NCBI RefSeq assembly: GCF_963921235.1
Contig: NC_086097.1
Span: forward strand, 43,402,001-43,466,000
DNA: 64,000 nt
DNA from: Mobula hypostoma
Taxonomy: Eukaryota
Reading direction: 5' to 3'
Shown here: positions 36,860 through 50,114 of the stretch, in pieces
Layout: each line of letters starts with the position of its first letter
Numbering within the stretch: the stretch's first letter is position 1
Made by a program: the position numbers and the translations under genes
The notes under the pieces: generated by a model
Database searches by the model: none
The model's input: the letters and a program-made list of their open reading frames with translations, nothing else
Told to the model about the DNA's origin: nothing

Positions 36860-38410
36860 GTAAATTTATTATTGAAGTACATATATGTTACCATATACTG
36901 TACTACTTTGTGATTCATTTTCTTGCTGGCATTTACAGGGGAAATACAAACTAGAAGTTACAAAAAACTATACATAAACATGCAAAGATTAGTAATGTGT
37001 AAAAGAAGACAAACTGCGAATAAAAAATAATATTGATAAGGTGAATTGTAAAGAGTCCTTGAAAGTGAGTCTGTAGCTTGTAGAATCAGTTCAGAGATGT
37101 GGTGGGTGAAGTTATCCATGCCAGTTCAGGAGCCTGATGATTGAAAGGTAATAATTGTTTCAGGACCTAGAGGTGTGGGACCCAAGGCTTCTGTACCTTT
37201 TTCCTGATGGTAGTAGTGAAAAGGGAGCATGACCTGGGTGGTGGGGGTCCTCGATGATGGATGCTGTTTTCTTGTGGCAACGCTCCATGTAAATGTGCTC
37301 AAAAGGTGGGGACCACTTTGCCTGTCATGGACTAGACTATATCCACCACTTTCTGTAGACTTCTACATTCATGGGCATTGGTGTTTCCCTATACCAGGCT
37401 GTGATGCATGATGTAACCAGTAAGGATTCTCTCCACTGTGCATCTATTGTCAGGCCAGCAGATTTTCTGAACTGCTTCCCAACCACAGACTTTTCCTTTT
37501 GTAATCTATGTCTGTTGCTACTCAATTATTGTAATCTCAGTCTTTTTTAGTCATTAAGATGAAATGTGAATTTTGATCTTGTTCTTTGCCTAATTTGCTT
37601 AGTATTTCAAATTCTAACATCTGCAACATTTTGAATTGTTTTGTATTGTTCTCGCACAGTATCCCTGCTCTTGTATTCACTGCCTCAACCGATAAAGGCA
37701 AGTATCCCATATGTCTTTTCAATCACCATATCGATTTGCCCTGCTTCCTTAAGAGATCTGTGAGTATGCAGACTAAAATTTCTCTATTTCACTATACTCT
37801 TAAATCATATATACTGAGATACAGTAAAAAGTTTTTGTTTTGTGTGCCTTCCAGACAGATCATGCCATACATAATGTATCAAAGTAGTAAAAAGAAAACA
37901 GACTGCAAAATAGAGTATTAGTTACAGAGAAAGTCCAGTGCCAATAGACAAAATTACTGCAAAGGCCTTGATGGTGTAGATTGGGAGATCAAGAGTTTAT
38001 CCTTTTATATCTGAGAGGTCGGTCAAGAGACTATCAACAATGGGGTTTGTATCCTTTTTTCTAACGGGATGAGAGAGAACGACAGGTGTGGGAGAGGTTC
38101 TTGATTATGTTAGCTGTTTTCCTGACACAGCAGGAAATGTAGACAGTCAACAGAATGAAGGTTGATGTACTGGGCTGTGTTCACAACTCTCTGCAATTTA
38201 TACCTTATTGTCGTCAAACAGTTGGTACTAGAACGTGCGATCATCATAGCGATATTTGATTCTGCGCTTCCCGCTCTCTCGATTACAAATCGATAATAAA
38301 TATTAGAAATTTTAAATTATAAATATTTCTTGTGGGTTTTGGTGGAGCAGTTGCCTTACCAAGCTTTGATGTGTCTTTGATGCCTTCTATGGTGCATCAA
38401 TAAAAATTGG
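36860..38410 (-). mobile_element. Rex1/Babar 3' fragments (at least two, 36860-37450 and 37820-38410)
   Basis: Minus ...SCITAWY... ORF and CTGTACCTTTTTCCTGATGGTAG (reverse LPSG.RY); 3' UTR similar to 15450-15800. Confidence 0.65.
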
Positions 38411-39319
38411 CAAGAGTGGATATATCTTCTTTCTCTGTTGTTTTCACTGCAAAAACAGGCAAAAAGTTCATTTACAACTACACATGTCTTCCACTTCCAC
38501 GGACAAGCTTTTATTTTGGTCCTTCATAGGACCTATTCATTACTATCTTTCCCTCAAAATATCTTATTTCCTTGACTTATTTTGTGCCAATATACATTAT
38601 TTTAACATTCCCTAATGTCTTCCGAATTTCCTTTCTGATTATTTCGTTTTTAAAATTTTCTCTTTTGTCTTATCTTTTTCTCTGTCCCTCAGTGTCCATT
38701 GTGGTCTAGATCTGGGAATTCTTCCTTTTATTAGGAACAAATTTAGTCAGTTCCCCAGTAATCTCCTGCTTGAAAATATCCCATTGTTCTGTGATTTGCA
38801 GTATTTGAAAGGAGTTGTTTCAGTCCGATTTTACGAAACTTAATTATCCCAATTGAAAACTGTTTTTCCTGGTCTTTATCATACATATTGCTAAATTTAA
38901 ACACACTTTGATCCTTAGCTCCAAAATGAATTAGGTAGTACACATAAAAAAAATTAGATATCAGGAGTTCTTCCAACTTTGGTAGAAATGGATTTTCTCA
39001 CAAAACAAGCTAGAAGAGTTCCAGTGTATGCAATTTATTTAACAAATTAAAAAGATAGATAAGTGCCTTTATCAGTACCATGGTTTGGGTTTGATCGTAT
39101 ATGTTAGAGAAGACTTTTACTACCAATCTCTGATTTGCCCTTTTTTTTAGCTTGCTTACATCAGGAAATTATATTGTTGCTGATGGATCACAATATTCAT
39201 AACTGTATGGTCCAAATTTGATTATCAATTTCTGGGTTCAGTATAGTAGTGGTAGAGGATGTTATTTCCTTTATTTTGCTTTCAGTCATACTCTTTGAGG
39301 GCCAGGTGGGGATGGCATT

Positions 39320-40735
39320 GGAGCCATAGCCTCTGCTTTGCACTCTGTGCTGTCCCACCTGGAAAATGGTGCCTCATATGCCAGGATGCTATTTATCAAT
39401 TTCTGCTCAGCCCTTAATATGATCATCCCTCAAAAGCTGGCGGGCAAACTGTCCTCATTTATTCTCAACACCTCTCTCTCTATCTGGATCTTGGACTTCT
39501 TGACAGAAAGGACTCAGTCAGTCCGTGTTGGCAGAAACATCACTAACCCATCAGACTGAACACGGGCCCCCCTGAGGGCTGTATGCTCAGCCCACTGCTG
39601 TTCATGCTGCTGACTCGTGGCTGCACTGCTGGATTCAGTTCAAACCAAGTTGTCAAATTACTGATGACACAAAAGTAGTTGGCCTCATCAACAACGATGA
39701 CAAGACGGTATAGAGAGGAGGGAGAATGGTACAAGCACAACAACGTGGGCAAAACTAAAGAGATGATTGTGGACTTTAGGAAGGTGCAGGCAGACCGCAC
39801 TTCAGTGCACATAACCAGCTCCTCCATGGAGAAAGCTAGGAGCATGAAGTTTCTGGGCATGCACATAACAGACAATCTCACCTGGTCTCTGAACACCACC
39901 TCTTTGGGCAAGAAAGCACAGCAGCATCTCCACTTCCTGAGGTGAGTGAGGCTCCACCCACCCTCCATTCTAAACAACTTTTACAGGAGCACCATTGAGG
40001 GTGTCTTGACCAGCTGCATCACTGTCTGGTATGACATTGTAAAGCATATGATTGCAAGTCCCTACAAAGATTTGCAAGGACTGCTAAGAGGATCATTGAG
40101 GTCTCTCCTCCACCTGTCAGATATTTATCAGGAGCGCTGCATATACAGGGCCTTAGCATTATCAATGATTCCTTCCCATTTGCCCAACAATCTCTTTGGC
40201 TCCCTACTATCAAGCAGGAGGTACCACAGCCTGCCTGTGGCCATCAAACTTTACAACTCCTCCCTTGGAGGGTCAGACACCCTGAGCCAATAGGCTGGTC
40301 CTGGACTTATTTCCTGGCATAATTTACATATTATTTAATTATTTATGGTTTTATATGGCTATATTTATAATCTGTTCTTGGTTGGTGCAACTGTAAGAAA
40401 ACCAAATTTCCCTCGGGATCAATAAAGTATGACTATGACTAGCATTAGGACAAGAACTGTTAAGGTGGGAGATAGCTTCTTTCTCCAGTCAGACCACTGA
40501 ACTCCCTGCCCACTACCCAGGTCTCATCACGAATGAAACGCTAGTAGCGTTATACTATTTACTTTTTAAGACGCATTATAAATTCATCTCTTATTTGTTA
40601 ATTTAGTTGTGGTAATCTTACTTTGTGTTGTGTGTGAATTATATGTACTGTGTTGTGCACCTTGGTCCAGAGGAACACTGTTTCATTTTGAGTATACATG
40701 TATACAGTTGAATGACAATAAATTGAGCTTGAGGA
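39320..40735 (+). mobile_element. Rex1/Babar LINE RT and 3' end
   Basis: [89 protein letters not shown]. Confidence 0.85.
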
Positions 40736-41959
40736 CCTGAAACAGCTCAGAATACTTCATAGCTCTGCACAATTCTACTGAAAGGTGATTGATACTGACT
40801 GTTTCTCTCTCAATAAAGGTTGCGTGACTGCATATTTACAACATTTTATATTTTCCAGTATTTATAGGTTTTTTTGCTTTGAAATTACCCCAGCTTGGAA
40901 CAGAATGTTTTTACTAATGTTACCAGTACTTTTTATCTCAATGACTTTTTGTCCATTTTGAAACCAGCTTGTGGTACCTTTAGCTGCATTTCATATCATT
41001 CTCAAAAAATGTGAGATTCTTTTTTCTCTTTGAGCTACATTAAAAAGTACTCCCCACTTGCCTGAATGAGTGCAGCTCCAACTACACTCGAAACTCTCAG
41101 CCCATCAAAGACAAGACAGCCCAGTTGATTTGCACCTCTTCCACCATCATTCCTCAGCACTAGCCTATTCTGGCTCTAATGTGTGTCATCTGGAAAATAC
41201 ACTGCAATTAATTTTCTGTGCTATTCTGATAGCTTGTGAATTTGGTGGGTGCTATCACAAAGGACAAGGGCAGCAGGCACATTTGAATGCCAAGCCTTCT
41301 GAAACACAAAAAAAAACCTCCTGAAGTGGCAATGAGTTGCCAATACTTTGTTATCATTAAGTCTAAGTGCTGGAAGTCTCTACCAATAAAAATGAGCCAC
41401 TTCATAAGAGAAGTACAAAAGTTCAAGGTGGTAGTTCATAGTCCATATTTCAGAAATTGATAAAAAGCATATGCTGTATAAGCCCAAATTCAAATGAGGA
41501 TATTAAAGGACTGTGCATCAGAAACTAGGTATATTTCTCTTGGATTTTCGATTTTCATATATTGTTTGTACAATGGTGATGGTATTGGAGCTGTTGCACA
41601 GTGTACTGTGGAGCTCAGTTTCAAGACCTGAATCAAGCTACTGCCTTTGATATTTAAATAATTAATCCAAGAATGAGTGATTTCACCAACAAAACTAGTC
41701 TGGAGAAACGGGGGAGGGGGGGTGGGGGATGTAGGTTGTATTGCTTGAAAAGTGGGTAATAGGAGTTTGAGTAAACATTTTTTTTAAGGGACTAGAGAAT
41801 ACAGATCTAAACAGTGTTGTCTACTAATAAATTTCATAAACTCTTTATATGCAAAAAAAATGGCTACAACTTGGAACTCGCTGTGTAAAAGAACCAATAA
41901 GATCTTTCAAGAGGGAATTGAATGGGTACATAAAGGAAAATAATTTTATGGGTGCTTGG

Positions 41960-42225
41960 ATGGGCAGCACAGTTGCATAGAGGTTCGCACAATGCATTAC
42001 AGTACTAATGCCTGGGGTTCATTTCCCACTGCTGTCTATAAGGAGTTTTCTGTAACTGCGTGGCTTTCCTTGGGTGTTCTGGTTTCCTTCCAATGTCCAA
42101 AGATGTACAGGTTGGTAGATTAATTGGTCATGGTAAATTGTCCAGTGATTAACCTAGGGTTAAATTGGGAGTTGCTGGGCAGCAAAGCTTGAAGAGTTGT
42201 CTGTCAATAAAAATAGATAAATAAT
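41960..42225 (+). mobile_element. V-SINE-like tRNA-derived SINE
   Basis: tRNA-like head (GGGCAGCACAGTTGCATAG...GGGGTTCATTTCCC), central GGTTTCCTTCCAATGTCCAAAGATG...TAATTGGTCATGGTAAATTGTCC, A-rich tail. Confidence 0.65.
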
Positions 42226-42834
42226 ATATACTAACAGTTAAATTGTTCTACAGACATGTTGGGTCAAATTTTGGAGAAATTGACAGCAGCTTCAGGCTGG
42301 ATGCCTAAATCTGGACCTGAAGCAAGTCACTGGGCAGCATAGTCTAGGCCCGGAGCATTTCGCTGTAATGGTGCCCGGGTCCTACTGCAGGATACGATAC
42401 ACATTTGGACAATTTAAACAGTGTACTGGAAGGACAGGATGTCGGAATAGAGGTGAGAGCTGGTTTTGCTCACTTTCCTGTGATGTCTATTCCTCTCTTT
42501 TTGATATTGTGAAATTGGGTATTAACAGCCCTTAAGGGACTTCCCTCAGTATATTCTATTTATTTCTGAACAAGACCCTTGGCAATCTATGACAGTGACA
42601 TCATTGGAAATGTACCATCTGCACTCAGCTACAGTTTCCACCACTTAACCTTGCTTAGATCTTGTAGATGTAGTGTGACGCAAACCACTTTGTTTTGACC
42701 CCCGCATTCTGCCAATTCTTTGTGTTTTGTCATCTCATCTCTCAGTTCAAACCCTTTATATTCAGATTAGCAAGCAGGGGTATTTACAGACATCATTTAC
42801 CACTTCCTGCTTTAATTTGGGTTTTCCACATACT

Positions 42835-45290
42835 TTAAGTAAGAAAGCTAAGAGAGATGGAGGTTTAGCATTACCTAACTTTAGATTCTATTATTGGGCA
42901 ATCAATATTCGACATATGAAATTTTGGTTACTTGACCAGGATATACTATCCATTCCTAAATGGGTAGCATTGGAATTACCATCTGTTCAGGGCTATACAC
43001 TTGGCTCTATTTTAGGTTCCTCTCTTCCTTTTGATTTGAAACGCCTTAAACAGGTAACTAACCCGATAGTTAAATATACCTTACGTATTTGGTTCCAATT
43101 CAGAAAATTTTTTGATCTTAACCAATTTGGGCTAGCGATTCCTATTTTAGGTAACATATTTTTTCCTCCCTCTTTTACGGATTGTGCTTTTCAAATATGG
43201 AAGACTAAGGGTATTTCACGGTTTTTGGATTTATTTTTAGATGGTTCCCTTATGTCTCTTGAACAATTATCTAATAAATATAATTTATCAAGAATACATT
43301 TTTTTAGGTATCTACAAGTTAGAAATTTCCTAAATACTATACTTTCTTTGTAACATACCCCGTAACTGGGTTGCCAAACCAGCAGAAATGGATCACTCAG
43401 TTGGAGTCTGGATTACTAGAACTAAGAAAGTTTTATTAAAGAAACAAGCAACACAGTAATCGAAAGGATAATAAATGCAACAGTTCAGCAATGATAAACA
43501 CACGTGCACAGAATTAAGATAACAGTATCAATCAAGCTCTATCGTTGTCTAGGGGTAAATGACCAATTTCAAAGTGACACAAAGTTCAGTCCAATTTAGT
43601 TCAGTTCGCAGTAATCGTTGCCATGGCGATGGACAACGTGGGGGGAGGGAGAGAGAGAACGAGAACGACTGATCATTCAGAAACGGCTTCCACTCACAGA
43701 CCGGCGATATTGCTCACAAGCAGCTTTCGGGCGGGTCCTTTGTGATGTCACCTGAGGTCACCGACTGTGACCCCTCCTCCAGATGCAGTCGATCCTCTGC
43801 AGTGAACCCGGCACCCAAGCGAGGGTGGACACACACCGGGTTCCCGCTGATCGTACCTTTCCACCCTGTGCGTTTGTGGCCCAGTACTTCCCACCGACTT
43901 GTGAGAGGTGCACCGCTTCCAGGGTCTCGTTACCTCGGGTGTTGTGTGTGTCCTGCCTTAGCGAACCTGTCCCTTTTTATCCCCCTGCTGGGGTATCGCC
44001 TGTCCATCACTTCAAACAGTTCAGGGTTCAAAGGGGGAGCGACTCTGGACAATACCCAGACTGATGGCTCCTTCATTAACATCTCCAAATGCTGCTTCAT
44101 TGTTCCTTTTCTCTCCCTCCTCAGAGGACAGGTGGCAGACCAACTGCTGATGCCTTTGGTGCTAGCCCAGGCCAGCAAACATCTTAATTTACGTGTATTC
44201 TCGTCACATCTTCTTTTCCAATGCTTTCTCCTACATACATTTTAGATACTATAATTAACCTTAATCCATGTCAGAAAGGTGCATCGGCTATGATTTATAA
44301 TATTATTATGAAACTTAGGAAAGCTCCATTTGATAAGATTAGGGTAGATTGGGAACAGGAATTGGGGTCTATCATTTCCGTGGATGACTGGGGGCAGATT
44401 TTACAATTAGTCAATACTTCCTCTATCTGTGCTAAACATTCCCTAATTCAATTTAAAGTTGTTCATAAAGCACATATGTCCAAAGATAAATTAGCTCGCT
44501 TTTATTCTCATGTTAATCCTTTTTGTGATAGATGTCCGGGGCAGATAGCCTCTTTAACTCATACGTTTTGGTCTTGTCCTACTCTGGAAACTTTTTGGAG
44601 AGACATTTTTAATATTATCTCAAAGGTATTGAATGTAGATATCTCTCCTCACCCTATTACTGCTATCTTTGGACTACCTAAAATTTCCAGTAATCTTTCT
44701 CCTTCAGCCCGTAGAATGATTGCATTTCTTACTTTAATGGCGAAAAGATGTATCTTACAACACTGGAAAGAGCTTAACGCTCCAACCACCTTTTTTTGGT
44801 TTTCTCAGACGATATTATGCTTGAATTTGGAGAAAATTAGAAGCAATCTTTATGATTCCTCACTTAAATTTAAAGACCTGGAGATCTTTTATTCAATATT
44901 TTCATTTAATGTAATTTTTTTTCTTCTCTTTTTTGCTCCATATTTATATACCCTTCTTGTTTTTTTTTACTGTTTTTAATGGAGGTCGGGTTTGAGGACA
45001 TGATTTTAAGTTCTTTAACTCTATTTGGTTCCAAGTTAGCCCATTGCTTTGCTTTGCTTTTAGTTTAGTTGCACGGTGGTTTTTTTTTTCCTTTTCTCTA
45101 TTGAAATATATATATATAAATTAGTATACTATTATGTTACCTTAGTATGTTATGTTTAAATTACATTGTATCACTTTTTTTTCTGTATTAATATTTCCTG
45201 TAATTTTATTATATTCTAACAGTGTATTAGTGCCTATATGGCTTACCCTTTTGTATACTTATTCAATAAAAAGATTTAAAAAGGAAAGAA
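42835..45290 (+). mobile_element. 5'-truncated L1-clade LINE ORF2 3' part, split by a solo LTR
   Basis: GGLALPNFRFYYWA...FFRYLQVRNF (to 43348) continues in frame after the LTR into ...CDRCPGQIASLTHTFWSCP (zinc knuckle). 3' UTR with AATAAA and A-rich tail at 45266-45290. Confidence 0.9.
43349..44208 (-). mobile_element. Solo LTR (860 bp), Gypsy/ERV-like
   Basis: TGTAAC...GTCACA termini. 4-bp TSD TCTT (43345-43348, 44209-44212). GC/CpG richer than host. Minus-strand GATAAAAA near 43980 and AATAAA near 43435 give the orientation. Confidence 0.85.
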
Positions 45291-45319
45291 GTACATTATC
45301 AACCTGGTACCCAACATAA

Positions 45320-46600
45320 ACAAGGTAATGAGCCTTAATAACCACCCAGTGGCTCTGACATCTACTGTCATGAAATACTTCTAGAAATTAGTCATGCTAT
45401 GCATTAACTCTAGCCTCCCAGACAATCTTGATCCACTGCAATTTATCTACTATTGAACCAGATCTAAGGTAGGTGTAAACTCCCTAGCCCTACACTGGAG
45501 TATTTGGACAATGTAGACACCTATGTTAGACTATTGTTTATTGACTACAACTCTATACTTCACTTCACAACAAAATCATCTCCAAGTTCCAAGATCTGTT
45601 ACTCAATGCCCCACCTTTGCAACTGAGTCTTGACTTCATGACCAACGAACCACAATCAGTAAGAATAGATCTCAAACTTGCCACGATTATCCTCTACACT
45701 GGTGCCCTATGAGGCTGTAACCTCAGCCCCCTATTCGACTCATGACTGCATGGCCAGATTCTGCTTTAATTCCTCTACAAGTTTGCAAATGACACCAGGG
45801 CTTAATCTCAAATTACAATTAATCGGACTAATGGAAGGAGATGGAGAGCGTAGTGACATGGTGCAATCACAACCTTTCCCTCAATGTCAGCAAAACAGAA
45901 GAGCTGGTCATTGACTTCAGGAATCTGGAGATGTGGTGCACCTACTCCTGTTTACATTAATGGTGCTGCTGAAAGCTTCACGGTCCTAGGAGACATCATC
46001 ATCAATAACCTGTTGTGGTCCAACCACATTGAGGCTATGGCCAAGAGAGCTTACCAGTGCCTCTATTTCATCAGGGGGTTAAACAGTTTGGTTTTTCCCC
46101 TTTAACCCTCACTGATTTTTATCAATGTACCATATACAGCAAACTATCTGGATGGCAACTGGTCTACACATGACTGCAAGAAACTGCAGAGCTGTGGACA
46201 CAGCTCAGCACATCACGGAAACTAACCTCCCTCCATGGATGCTGTCTTCACTTCTCACTGCCTTGGTAAAGCCGACCTATCCTCCCCAGACATTCTCTCT
46301 CATCTCCCCTCCCATTAGGCAGAAGATACAAAAGCCTGAAAGCACATACTAACAGGCTTAAGTAGATTTTCTGTCCTGTTGTTTAAAACTATTGAATGGT
46401 TTCCTAGTAAGACAAGTTGGACTCTTGACCTCCTAATCTACCTTATTGTCTACCTGCATTGCACTTTCTCTGTAGCACTTTATTCTGTATTTATTGTTTT
46501 ACCATGTACTACCTCAATACACTATTGTAATGAATTGATCTGTATGAATGATATGCAAGACAAGTTTTTCACTGTACCTCAGTACATAATAAACCAATTC
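45320..46600 (+). mobile_element. Degenerate Rex1/Babar LINE
   Basis: PVALTSTVMK, LDPLQF, YVRLLFIDY, LNVSKTEELVIDFR, NLLWSNHI..MAKRAYQCLYFIR motifs and family 3' UTR. Confidence 0.8.
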
Positions 46601-47968
46601 ACCATCTTCTCTACTGATCTTTCAGGTTCAAATAAATGTTTTTGTCAAAGTTTTTTTTAGCTTTACTCCCTCAGCATTGGCAGCAAGACTTCTCACCTTA
46701 TTTGTCTCTTAAACTTGGGACAGTTCATACCACCATCATTTTCACTTTCTATTCCCCTTTAATCCTTCCTTCTATTACGCTTCCCAAAACACAGTCACAT
46801 TTTTAACTTTACACAGCAAGGGAAAGACCATGTGACAGTTGGAGACACAGCTGACAGGAGGAAATAGACCCCCAACAGGGCTGTTATGGGCTAACTACCC
46901 ATAACAGCAGGCTCCATCATCTTGTCAGGGCACAAGAGCCACCCTCACTTAGCTACGGAAAGTTTAAAAAGTACTTTTTAAGAGTACTTAAAAAGAGCGG
47001 GGGCTCAAGAAGACTGACTGACCTCCTGGTAACAAACCTTGGCATGGACACGAGAATGAATCAAGAGAGTGGCCTCCTTGTCACCACTCCAAGCCCAGTG
47101 CCAACATCGAGAGTGCCGACTTACCATAGGGATTGAAACATTAAGTCCTAGTAGCTCTACATCTACTGCTCTTAAAATTTCAATCACAGTGAAGTTATTT
47201 CTTGTCGTTTCCTCGTATTGTTATAGATTGAAACACCTGCTCAATATTACTTTCTGCCAAACTTTTCCAATGCAACAAGGCTATTCTCTAGCTCTTGGTC
47301 TGGTCAACCACGCCATCACCTCCACCTTAGATGTCCTGGTAGTTACAATAATCATTCTTGCTAAATCTGACTGTTCTTAGTACAACCTATAACTACATAA
47401 TAAACTTCACATACTTGCTGTCAATATTGCTGCTTACTTCATCTCCATAACTATAACAACTTCTATCTACTTTTGAGCTGTGGAAACACTCAACCATCTC
47501 TCTGCTCATTCTTTAGCAAGCTGTTCCAATGTAGTCCTATCAAGTTTCCCTTATTCGACTTGAGCTAGTTGAAAAGGTATGTCTGTATTCGCTCATCACC
47601 CTTGTGCTTTTTGATCCAAATTGCCACCTGATTAAGCAAATTCTCTGTTTTACAACTATTACCTTTGTTTTCAAGTTATTCCATGGCTTCACCGTTCCTT
47701 ATTTTGATAATAATTGCAGACATTGTCAACATTATTTTCAGATAGAATGGAGATGATACACTCCTTTCCAAAGAAAGTGATTTCTATTACTCCTTTCAAT
47801 TTAATATACTGCATTTGGTGCTCACCATGTAATGTAATATCCTCTAAACTGAGCATCTCATTTCATTTCACAAGCGACCTTGTTGCTAGTACTGTACTTT
47901 AATTAAGCAATACTTTAATCTCTGTCTTCCGCTTCACAACTGTTCCAATGAAGCCTGGTATAACAGTA

Positions 47969-48054
47969 ACCTCGAGGAAATCTGCAGATGCTGGAATTTC
48001 AAGCAACAGACATAAAAGTTGCTGGTGAACGCAGCAGGCCAGGCAGCATCTATA
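47969..48054 (-). mobile_element. Short Penelope-tail insertion
   Basis: Family tail only. 12-bp TSD GGTATAACAGTA at 47957-47968 and 48055-48066. Confidence 0.8.
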
Positions 48055-48922
48055 GGTATAACAGTATCTTCTTTTTCACCTAGACCTGTTAAAGCCCATA
48101 GCATTGATTCAACAATTTCAGAAAACCAGCCTTTGCATGGAGTATGTATTAGTCAATTCTAACAAAAGGATATCAGCTTGTATCATTAACTCGTTTTCTC
48201 TTCGCACAAATACTTGAGTACAACTGCCGAGTATGTCCAGCATGCTTTAATTTCAGATTTCCACCAAACAAGGAATTTTACATTTTTTTTACTCTCGTTT
48301 AGCGATTAGTACCCTTAGGTCATTTAGTCTCTCCTTACCAAATTTATTATCAAAAATAAATCTTCCTCTACCCACCCCATTCTCTGCAACTCCAAAACAT
48401 TGATTTTATTTATATAAGTTTTCCTAGTTCCAATGAAAGATCATCAGTCTAAATCGTAAACTCTGCTCCTTTCTTTGTTCTTGCTGCCTGATCTGATGAA
48501 TCTTTACAGCTTTTTCTTTTAAATCAGTTAAGCATTTTTCTCGCCACAGATGCTGACCGACGAATATATGCAGCATTTTCTGGTTTAAATCTGTCTCTTC
48601 TTCAAAACACTGGTCGGCCTCTGATGGAAAGCAACAACTACACCTCTAGCCTTCGCTACCGCTGTACCTTCAAAGAATATTCCAGAGCCTGAAATAAAAG
48701 TAAGTGAAAGCGCGTTTACCGGTCGAGGCGTTCCCCCTCCCTCCCCTTCAGCTCGACAGCGGCACCGCCTGCAACCTCCCTGTCTTTTCATCATTCATGG
48801 GAACCGGGCTGCCGGCCAGAAGCTCGTCCTTCCTGAGGTAATCGCATCAACTCCAGCCAGCACGCCGGGATGAATCTCGTTTCCCGGCCTTAACCAGGAA
48901 AACGCCTTTTACAGTATAATAG

Positions 48923-49102
48923 AGACAAGAAATTCTGCAGATGCTGCAAATCCAAAGCAACGCACAAAACTGCTGGAGGAACTCAGCAGCGATCTTTTCT
49001 GGTCCTGAGAAGGGGTCTCGGCCCGAAACGTCGACAGTTTATTCATTTCGATAGATGCTGCCTGACCTGCGGAATTACTCCAGCATTTTGACTGCATTGC
49101 TT
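48923..49102. mobile_element. Fold-back Penelope-terminal-repeat element with near-intact hammerhead (49002-49035, +)
   Basis: Inverted arms; GTC-CTGAGAA-G-GGGTCTCGGCCC-GAAA-CGTC-GAC. Confidence 0.75.
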
Positions 49103-49389
49103 TATATATGTCGGAAATTAATTAATATTAAGCCTCCTAACGAGGGCTTACACCAAAAGAATTAACACCCTCTCTCCAACAGTGGTCGGGAATTTTTGAG
49201 TGTTTTTTTTCCCTCAGTGTGGGTGATCTACCCGCTTCAGAAGGTAAGATATGCCTACATTAGAACGGAACCATACTTCCAAATTTACAAAATGGGTGAG
49301 ACCATCCCACAATTATCCAGTTTGAAAGCCGGCTAGATTGCACTGTGAATGGGTGCGTTTTGAAGATCGCGCAGCAGAGTTTTGGCGGC

Positions 49390-49700
49390 TTTGGGGCGGG
49401 TGGGAGATGATCCCCGTCCGCTACCATCAGCACGCCGCTACCGCTGCTGCTCCCGCTCACTCCCGCGCGCCAGCCCAGAAAATTCCAGCAACTTCGGGGC
49501 TGTGACTTCATTTCAAACCACTTTCCGCATTACCTTCAGCGTCTCCGCCCCCCCGCCGACGATTGGGCCAGGGAGCGCGGCGCGTCGGCTGCCGAACGCC
49601 CCTATTGGTCGAGCCTGCTGACAATCAAACGCAGCGCCTTGACGAGGGTTCGAGATGTTTCTCGAACTTTAATTTCGCGAAGTCGAGGCGCCGTATAAAA
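49390..49700 (+). promoter_or_regulatory. HSP90AA1: HSP90AA1 heat-inducible promoter in a CpG island
   Basis: TATAAAA 49694-49700. Proximal HSE gTTCg-aGATg-tTTCt-cGAAc (49648-49667) plus tTTCg-cGAAg (49673-49682). Distal HSE aGAAa-aTTCc-aGCAa-cTTCg (49477-49496). Inverted CCAAT boxes ATTGG at 49562-49566 and 49604-49608. GC boxes near 49392 and 49545. Confidence 0.88.
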
Positions 49701-49724
49701 ACCGCCGCACCGCCTTTCCCCCCT

Positions 49725-49801
49725 GCATTTGCTAAGGTGGTCGCCGTGCGGGAGCCTGGTGTAGTTCTCAAAGCCTGAGCGTCCTAAGGAAACTGAGCAA
49801 G
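49725..49801 (+). other. HSP90AA1: HSP90AA1 non-coding exon 1 (5' UTR); TSS approximate
   Basis: Starts about 25-30 nt after TATAAAA (49694-49700) and ends at donor CAAG|GTAAAA. The next exon begins exactly at the ATG, as in vertebrate HSP90 genes. Confidence 0.75.
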
Positions 49802-50114
49802 GTAAAAAGTTCTGAGTATATTAATAAGACCCACGTGAAAAGAAACTCAATCAAAGTGAATTTTTGGTTGTTAAGGATATTATTTTTTAAATGATTTGTA
49901 GATTTCAGTACTTCAAATCAAACGGATGTTCTGATAGCTACATACAAACCGTCAGCGCGGTTTGCCGATGAGTATAATGCCGTGGAGAGGTTCTCCTTGT
50001 ATTTAATAACTGAAATGCATTCCATGTAACCATTACTGTACATTTCTTTTAACTGCCACTCGTGTCAGTTCATTGTCACACGCCGTTGCGGCGCTAAGGC
50101 TTCTGGTAACGCCG

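Noticed and set aside
43742..44245. 167-aa and overlapping ORFs
   Set aside because: Chance ORFs inside the GC-rich solo LTR with no recognisable domain.
49260..49778. ORFs over the hsp90aa1 promoter as an N-terminal extension
   Set aside because: GC-rich CpG-island ORFs with non-ATG or poor starts and no splice path in frame to 50279.
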